In this document: piece by piece, positions 58,906-64,000 of the stretch
Numbering within the stretch: the first letter of the stretch is position 1
Layout of the letters: the number at the start of each line of letters is the position of its first letter
Assembly (NCBI GenBank): GCA_902384795.1
Contig: CABMDC010000001.1
Location: 7,375-71,374 of the forward strand
Source: Candidatus Gugararchaeum adminiculabundum
GTDB taxonomy: Archaea > Micrarchaeota > Micrarchaeia > Burarchaeales > Gugararchaeaceae
Direction of reading: 5' to 3'
DNA length: 64,000 nucleotides
Made by a program: the position numbers and the translations under genes
Notes under the pieces: generated by a model
The model's database searches: none
What the model saw: only the letters and a program-made list of their open reading frames with translations
What the model was told of the DNA's origin: nothing

Positions 58906-60885
58906 CTAACCCCTCTTTCGTTTTGCTTTTTTAGCCAACCTCACCTTTGGCCATTTTGTTTCTTTTGGTTTTTCCTCTTCGCCAATTGAAACTATTCGCG
59001 TCTCATCAATCGTCTCTTGCTTCTTCTCCCCCATCTCGGCCAATTTTTCCATCCCATCTTTTCTTTCAAAAAACCCCGAATCAGGCGCAGCAGAAGTCAG
59101 GTCAATCCCCGCAGGCACAACCGTAACTGCAGGCGCGCCAGGAATTTTAGCAGGCGTTTCTTCCACAGGCACGGACACTTCCACTGCTTGCCTAGCTGCC
59201 TTTGGGTCCATCCACTTGTCCACATCCACCGTCCTCACCCGCATGGGCAGCATGTACTTTTTCCCGTCGTACAATCTCACTACGCATTCCCTCTGGTTCA
59301 GCCTTACGAACATCTCCCTTTTCGCTTCCTCCAATTCCGTGGCAGTCCTGCTCTTTTTGAAATATTCCTCCATCTTGATTTCCATTATGGAGCTCACCAG
59401 CACCGCGTCCCCCCTGTTGGTTTTGAAGGAAACCACGTTCCTTGTGTTCGAAACAATCGCATCCACAATTTCCTTTCTCAATTGCCCAAGGTACTGCATT
59501 GACAAATACAAATACAGGTTGAACTTCCTGGTTTCAGCCAGGATGTCCTTTGCCACCAATGTCTCCACTCTCGGAAACTCATCAATCACCAAAATGGTCG
59601 GGGTTTTGAATTTCTCGGTAATCGCAAGGATGTACATCTGGGAAATTATCGCCCCTGCCAGGAAGTTGATCATCTTTTTCCCGAAGAAATTCGGGTCAAA
59701 GGACACTATGGTCACGTTGTTCTTTTCGCTGATTTCCAGCAGGGATTCTTTTTTCAAATCCTTTCCCAAATACAATTCATACTCCCCGATGAAGTTCAGG
59801 ATTGGCAAAACCGCATCATTGAAATGATGGATGTAAATGTCCTGGTATTCCTGGTCAAAGAACCTTCTCGCTTCATCCACCTTGCTCTTGCTGGTTGCTT
59901 CCATCCTGTATGCGGAATCAGTAAGCAGCATGTTTATGTCCTTCAAGGTCAGCCTATCAATCGAAGAAAGCAAGTATGTGGAATAAAACAAAATTCTCTC
60001 GGAATACTTGTTGTTCTCCCCAATGGTCGAGGAAATCAGCTGGGTAATCAGCTGGGTCATGAGCGGGCTTTTCTCGGCCCCGATATCCAGCGGCTCAACA
60101 TAACTTCCCTTGAAATCAATGGATTTGTACTCTGGCATTTTTTTGGAGAATTCCCCGTGCGGGTCAAGCACCACAATGCGCACCTTTTCCCCGTACCTTT
60201 TTTCCAGCGCCTTGACCATCATCCAAAGCGCTTTGGTTTTCCCAGACCCGCTCTCGCCTACTATGAGCGAGTGCTGGAGCGGGTCATAGCTGTCCATTCC
60301 GATTTTCGTATCCCCGTCCTGGAACAGCGGGGCGCTGGAGCTGACGGCGATGCTCTTTGGGATGGGTTCAAGCACCTCCAGATAGACCGAAGGATGCTTC
60401 TCCAAACTGATCTCAAAAAATTTCTCGGGGTTTGAGATTAGCGCGTAGCGCAGCCGGCCCGCTGAGTCAACAGCGCGGACAGTGCCTACGAATTTCCCGA
60501 GCACGCGCCTTACAAAAAACGAAAGCTCCCTGATGTCCTCCTTGATCATGAAATTGAGCAAATTGTCCCCGCTCGCAGCGTAAATTTTCGGTGGCGGGAA
60601 CGCCCTTGATTTCACCCTTTCCACGTACTTCACTTCTCCCAATTTGAACGGGAACAGCAAATTGGAAAGCCCGCGCATGGTCCTGCTTTCCTTCACATAA
60701 AACCGCAAGGTGCTCCCATCCTTCTGGATCAGTATGCTGGACGGGATTTTGGAGTAAAAGTACGAAGGGTCTATCACTCCCAGAATCGGAACGCTCCTGC
60801 TGGTCAAATTTTTGAGCAGCATCCGCACATCATCCGGGCCGACTTTTTCAGAATAGAAAAGCAGCTCGCGCATTGGTTCAGCCAT
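58906..60885 (-). CDS. HerA/FtsK/VirB4-superfamily (DUF87-like) P-loop ATPase with a Lys/Glu-rich C-terminal tail
   Basis: Walker A LIVGESGSGKT, RIVVLDPHGEF (DPHGEY-type motif of HerA/DUF87), Walker B TPTILVIDEFPR; N-terminal domain of about 220 aa; 8-nt overlap with the upstream gene. Confidence 0.75.
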   Translation of the reverse strand: MAEPMRELLFYSEKVGPDDVRMLLKNLTSRSVPILGVIDPSYFYSKIPSSILIQKDGSTLRFYVKESRTMRGLSNLLFPFKLGEVKYVERVKSRAFPPPKIYAASGDNLLNFMIKEDIRELSFFVRRVLGKFVGTVRAVDSAGRLRYALISNPEKFFEISLEKHPSVYLEVLEPIPKSIAVSSSAPLFQDGDTKIGMDSYDPLQHSLIVGESGSGKTKALWMMVKALEKRYGEKVRIVVLDPHGEFSKKMPEYKSIDFKGSYVEPLDIGAEKSPLMTQLITQLISSTIGENNKYSERILFYSTYLLSSIDRLTLKDINMLLTDSAYRMEATSKSKVDEARRFFDQEYQDIYIHHFNDAVLPILNFIGEYELYLGKDLKKESLLEISEKNNVTIVSFDPNFFGKKMINFLAGAIISQMYILAITEKFKTPTILVIDEFPRVETLVAKDILAETRKFNLYLYLSMQYLGQLRKEIVDAIVSNTRNVVSFKTNRGDAVLVSSIMEIKMEEYFKKSRTATELEEAKREMFVRLNQRECVVRLYDGKKYMLPMRVRTVDVDKWMDPKAARQAVEVSVPVEETPAKIPGAPAVTVVPAGIDLTSAAPDSGFFERKDGMEKLAEMGEKKQETIDETRIVSIGEEEKPKETKWPKVRLAKKAKRKRG

Positions 60886-61720
60886 TTCTTTTCACCATCC
60901 CAATTTTTGCTTTTCCCCCGCCTCCGCTCTTCTTCGCCCCGGCGCTCCCCCCCGTTCCGAGTTCGTAAACATCCCTACATGTCCCCTCCTCTTCCAGGTC
61001 GCGCGCCAGCTTCTCCTGCAGCATCTTCCTGAATTTTGCATAGCTCTCTGGCCCGACTTCCACATTTCCAATAGCGTATTTCAGCCCCTTGGCATTGAAG
61101 CAGAACATGCAGTTCTCGCAGTTCTCCACATTGTGGCAGTAATAGCAGTCCGATGAGGAGCCAGAATCGCTGGTTTCAAAGCACCGCGTCAGCCTGAACG
61201 AGTTGTACACATTGATGCAGAACGCGCATTCAACCGCCCTGCTCGCCCCGAATATGTACTCCGTGTCCTTGAGCCAGAAGCAATAGCCCGCGTATTTTGA
61301 AAACCAGCAATGGGTCCCTCGGTAGCAGTATTGGGTCGGTCCGTAGCACACGCACTCCTCGCTTCCTATGTTCTCGTACAAAACCGTTTCCGTGGTGGTT
61401 GTGCAAATTTTCGAAAGCGCCTTTTCCGCATTCTTCAGTGTCAGCGATCCGGATTCCTCTGGCGAAAGTTTCCTGTCAATCTTCAGCGATTCTTCGTAGG
61501 TGACCAGGTTCGGCAGCATTCCCTGGTAGAACTGCAGGCCAATTGCGTAAACTTTTTTGTCGCTCATCTGCGACTTATTCCTGGTAAAGCCGGTCACATG
61601 CCTCATCAGCCAGCGCTCATACTTCTCCGTTTCGCCTTTGAGCGGCCTGCCCAGCAGCACTGCGCAAGTGCTTTTGAATGCCTTCTCAATCTCATTCATT
61701 CCAAACACCCCGGTGCACAA
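60878..61720 (-). CDS. cysteine-ladder repeat protein, paralog B
   Basis: 280 aa; C-terminal half built from 12-15-residue units (CYYCHNVENCEN, CMFCFNAKGLKY, CAFCINVYNSFRLTR); N-terminal TC.VLLG...YE..L.R.V shared with paralog A; translationally coupled to the flanking genes. Confidence 0.6.
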   Translation of the reverse strand: MCTGVFGMNEIEKAFKSTCAVLLGRPLKGETEKYERWLMRHVTGFTRNKSQMSDKKVYAIGLQFYQGMLPNLVTYEESLKIDRKLSPEESGSLTLKNAEKALSKICTTTTETVLYENIGSEECVCYGPTQYCYRGTHCWFSKYAGYCFWLKDTEYIFGASRAVECAFCINVYNSFRLTRCFETSDSGSSSDCYYCHNVENCENCMFCFNAKGLKYAIGNVEVGPESYAKFRKMLQEKLARDLEEEGTCRDVYELGTGGSAGAKKSGGGGKAKIGMVKRNG

Positions 61721-62519
61721 TCTCCGTTATGGAAGGAACGGTTTTTTTCGCGCGCATTGTCCCGGCAATCTCCTTCACCAGTTTGTCTTTCAGCGAAGCG
61801 AACTTGTCCTGGGGCAGCTCCAGGTTCCCGATGCACCTGAGTTTGGAGCGCAGGTTGAAAGAGAACAGGCAGTTGCTGCAGTTCTCCAAATTCACCGTGT
61901 AATAGCAGTCAGAGCAGAAATTCAGCGAGACCGTTTCGAAAAGCCTCGAGCACTTGAAACCACGGAAGCTTTTGAGCACGAACTTCGAGCTTCCGGAGTG
62001 GTATGTCCCAACAATGTTCTCCCCGAACCTAACCGAGCTGCAATGGGCGACATTCTTGCTCCCGATCACATCCTCAGAAAAATGGACATTGCTGGACGAG
62101 ATTATGTCCGTTGAGTTTGTAACTTCTGAAGAGTTTCCCAGCACTATGTTGCCCGCGTAGTAGAAATTCTCCTCCAGCGCACGCACCAGCGAATCAATAT
62201 CCTTTATCGAATTGATATCCAGCTTTTTTCCCTTCAGCATTTTCGCATAATCCGCTGCCTCATCCGCCAGAATGAATTTCGCATCCCCCGGGCAGTTGTC
62301 GCAGTAGGCCAGATCTTTTCCTGACAGGGCGGATTTGCCCGCAGCGCTCTGGCGCACATACCGTTTCAGAAGCTTTTCATAATCCCCCAGCGGGCCGAGT
62401 TCCTCCCCCAGCACCACCCTGCAGGTGTCCGTCCATATTTTCTCTGCTCCCATCCAAAAACCCCCTTTCCCACACATAACTTGCGCATCCTTCCTATTTA
62501 TCCTAAGGTAGTCCAGCAC
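61692..62519 (-). CDS. cysteine-ladder repeat protein, paralog A
   Basis: 275 aa; units CSDCYYTVNLEN, CSNCLFSFNLRS, AHCSSVRFGENIVG; 29-nt overlap with paralog B; GTG start within the inverted repeat at 62511-62524. Confidence 0.6.
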   Translation of the reverse strand: MLDYLRINRKDAQVMCGKGGFWMGAEKIWTDTCRVVLGEELGPLGDYEKLLKRYVRQSAAGKSALSGKDLAYCDNCPGDAKFILADEAADYAKMLKGKKLDINSIKDIDSLVRALEENFYYAGNIVLGNSSEVTNSTDIISSSNVHFSEDVIGSKNVAHCSSVRFGENIVGTYHSGSSKFVLKSFRGFKCSRLFETVSLNFCSDCYYTVNLENCSNCLFSFNLRSKLRCIGNLELPQDKFASLKDKLVKEIAGTMRAKKTVPSITEIVHRGVWNE

Positions 62520-62540
62520 TGGACTAAAAAGATAGGATTA
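62492..62540. promoter_or_regulatory. nested inverted repeats in the divergent intergenic region (outer atccta...taggat; inner gtccag-ca-ctggac at 62511-62524)
   Basis: Palindromic arms read directly from the sequence; the inner palindrome overlaps the paralog A start codon, and the region sits about 30 nt upstream of the TrmB-like gene. Confidence 0.45.
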
Positions 62541-62566
62541 AATACATCCGACGGCAAATTACCTCC

Positions 62567-64000
62567 GTGGCAGAGGAGTTTGACGAAATTGGAGGGCTTA
62601 CAAAGGGCGAGCGCAAAGTCTATTTAGCGCTGGCAGGGCTCGGTCCATCCACCGCTAATCCAGTGATTAAGCAGACCGGAATGCAGAAAAGTGCGGTCTA
62701 TTTCTGCCTTGAGCGGCTTGTTTCCAAAGGGCTCGCCAGCTATATCACGCGCAATAATCGCAGAGTTTTCGAAGCAGCGCCCTCCGCCAAATTGGGGGAA
62801 TTCATCGAACAGCGCAAGCGCAGGCTGGATGCGGAAAAAGCGGAAATGGACAGGGCAGTGAAATCCCTGATAGCAAACAGGGGCGAGGGCGGAAGAAAAG
62901 GCGCCAGGTTTTTCGAAGGCTGGAGCGGGCTTGAAATCGCGCTTGAGGACAGCTACTGCGACCTTGATCAAAAAGACGAGCTGCGCGTTTTCAGCGTGAC
63001 TGTCGCATCGAACCAGCTTGAAAGATTCCGGCGCCTGATAAAAAAATTCCATGACCGGAGGGCGGAGAAAAAAGTCCGGGCCCGCATGGTGATGAATGAA
63101 AGAATGCGCGAGACCCTGGGTAGGGACAGGGAAAACACCCCCTACACCGAGGTGCACTACGTGCCTCCGGAATACAGCACTCCTGCCACCATAAACGTGT
63201 ACAAGGACAAGGTGCTGATCATACTCCTAAGCGGTGAGAGCCCGACCACCTTCCTTGTTGAAGGGAAGGAAATCGCCGATTCTTTCCGGCAGTATTTCGA
63301 GCTGCTCTGGAGTGAGGAAACCCGCGTCTACCGCGGATTAAAGGGAATGGAAGCCCTGCTGGAGGACGTGCTCCAATACAAGGACGTTGTTTTCATAGGC
63401 GGGAGGGGCGACATCTCCCTGCGCATGCCCGATTACTTCTGGAAATCATTCGCGCCCCGCGCAGAAAAGAAAGGCCACAAATGGAAAATCCTCGGAATTC
63501 CCGAGATTGTCGAAACGCCGGTAATGAACGCGAAGTTCATCGAAGTGAGAACAATGTCCCACGCGGCGCTGGGCCCGATTGTCATATGGATTTTCGGCAA
63601 CAAGGTCGCCAATGTAATCTGGAAAAAAGACCCCATCGCGTTCGTGCTTGAGAACAAGGAAGTTGCCCAAAGATACAGGGATTATTTCACCACGCTCTGG
63701 GAAGATGAGACCCGCATCTACCGCGGCATTGGGGGCCTGCGCGCTCTCTGGGACAAATCGCTCCAGTACGACCAGGTGCGCAACATCGGGGGCAGGGGGC
63801 AGGCCGCAGTAAACGACCCTGACTATTTTTTCAAATCATTCGCCCCGCGCGCAGAAAAGAAAGGCTTCCGCTGGCGCATTCTCGGCCTTCCCGAGATCAT
63901 GAAAACTCCTATTGTAAAGGCGAAATTCGTGGAGATACGGCTCTTGCCCGAGTTGGCTATCGGCCCAACCGTGATACAAATTTCCGGTGACCGGGTTATC
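62567..64000 (+). CDS. TrmB-family transcriptional regulator with a tandemly duplicated C-terminal domain (3' end beyond the window)
   Basis: Manual translation from the GTG at 62567: N-terminal wHTH LTKGERKVYLALAGLGPSTANPVIKQTGMQKSAVYFCLERLVSKGLASYITRNNRRVFEA, then two homologous domains of about 120 aa (YRGLKGMEALL...FAPRAEKKGHKWKILGIPEI... and YRGIGGLRALW...FAPRAEKKGFRWRILGLPEI...). Open to the window end, so absent from the ORF track. Confidence 0.65.
   Translation, partial: MAEEFDEIGGLTKGERKVYLALAGLGPSTANPVIKQTGMQKSAVYFCLERLVSKGLASYITRNNRRVFEAAPSAKLGEFIEQRKRRLDAEKAEMDRAVKSLIANRGEGGRKGARFFEGWSGLEIALEDSYCDLDQKDELRVFSVTVASNQLERFRRLIKKFHDRRAEKKVRARMVMNERMRETLGRDRENTPYTEVHYVPPEYSTPATINVYKDKVLIILLSGESPTTFLVEGKEIADSFRQYFELLWSEETRVYRGLKGMEALLEDVLQYKDVVFIGGRGDISLRMPDYFWKSFAPRAEKKGHKWKILGIPEIVETPVMNAKFIEVRTMSHAALGPIVIWIFGNKVANVIWKKDPIAFVLENKEVAQRYRDYFTTLWEDETRIYRGIGGLRALWDKSLQYDQVRNIGGRGQAAVNDPDYFFKSFAPRAEKKGFRWRILGLPEIMKTPIVKAKFVEIRLLPELAIGPTVIQISGDRVI

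Noticed and set aside
61310-62160. +strand ORFs (61310-61840, 61557-62114, 61954-62160) overlapping the Cys-ladder genes
   Set aside because: The minus-strand ORFs are longer, paralogous to each other, and overlap start-to-stop with the ATPase gene in an operon-like manner.
62624-63670. Minus-strand ORFs 62624-63157, 63433-63657 and 63446-63670
   Set aside because: The +strand translates into a TrmB-family regulator with a recognisable wHTH and internally repeated domains; it is absent from the track only because it has no stop inside the window.
1-64000. CRISPR arrays, rRNA genes, IS elements, transposases and integrases
   Set aside because: No short direct repeats with regular unique spacers, no rRNA-like conserved stretches, and no transposase or integrase-like ORFs were seen. 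The only tRNA (Gln) has no adjacent integrase or attachment-site duplication.

Overview
This window reads as a small-genome archaeal chromosome segment, possibly DPANN-like, at roughly 50% GC; no CRISPR array, rRNA, transposase or integrase was recognised. Housekeeping genes are recognisable from textbook motifs: FtsZ (GGGTGTG), SecE, Spt5, EF-1alpha, S10, L11 (PALGPLG), ArgG, a P-type Mg-ATPase (DKTGTLT), type III RuBisCO, archaeal ProRS, tRNA-Gln(UUG), PurU, UppP, fumarase/aspartase (GSSIMPGKINP), a bacterial-style sufCBDSU cluster with a VIT1 iron transporter, and a ribose-1,5-bisphosphate isomerase fragment at the 5' edge. Between these sit genes for very large, sequon-dense surface proteins with C-terminal transmembrane anchors, including two giants of 1642 and 1864 aa that share a C-terminal stalk-anchor module and a 540-aa protein built from six-Cys repeats. 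Two ABC export modules are present: a MacB/FtsX type with a PadR regulator and a secreted Ig/CARDB-like protein, and an ABC-2 type. A divergent extracytoplasmic redox cluster encodes a ferric-reductase-like heme-b membrane protein translationally coupled to a cytochrome b5-like lipoprotein, opposite an MscL fused to a zinc ribbon and a cupredoxin. The strongest candidate for an undescribed system is a tightly overlapping three-gene minus-strand operon at 58906-62519. It encodes two paralogous proteins with a roughly 12-residue cysteine-ladder repeat (C-x-x-C-x-N-x-x-N) followed by a HerA/FtsK/VirB4-family ATPase (Walker A GESGSGKT, DPHGEF motif). It is flanked by nested inverted repeats and a divergent TrmB-family regulator with a duplicated sensor domain. 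Other oddities are a dihydrolipoamide-dehydrogenase-like flavoprotein whose CxxxxC redox motif reads SxxxxC, a decayed duplicate of a permease 3' end, a GC-rich multi-hairpin element downstream of rpl11, a rearranged secE-spt5 / tuf-rps10-rpl11 neighbourhood, and a perfect 18-bp palindrome upstream of a Cys-cluster HTH regulator heading the suf operon. All calls rest on motif recognition from the translated ORFs; no database search was possible.
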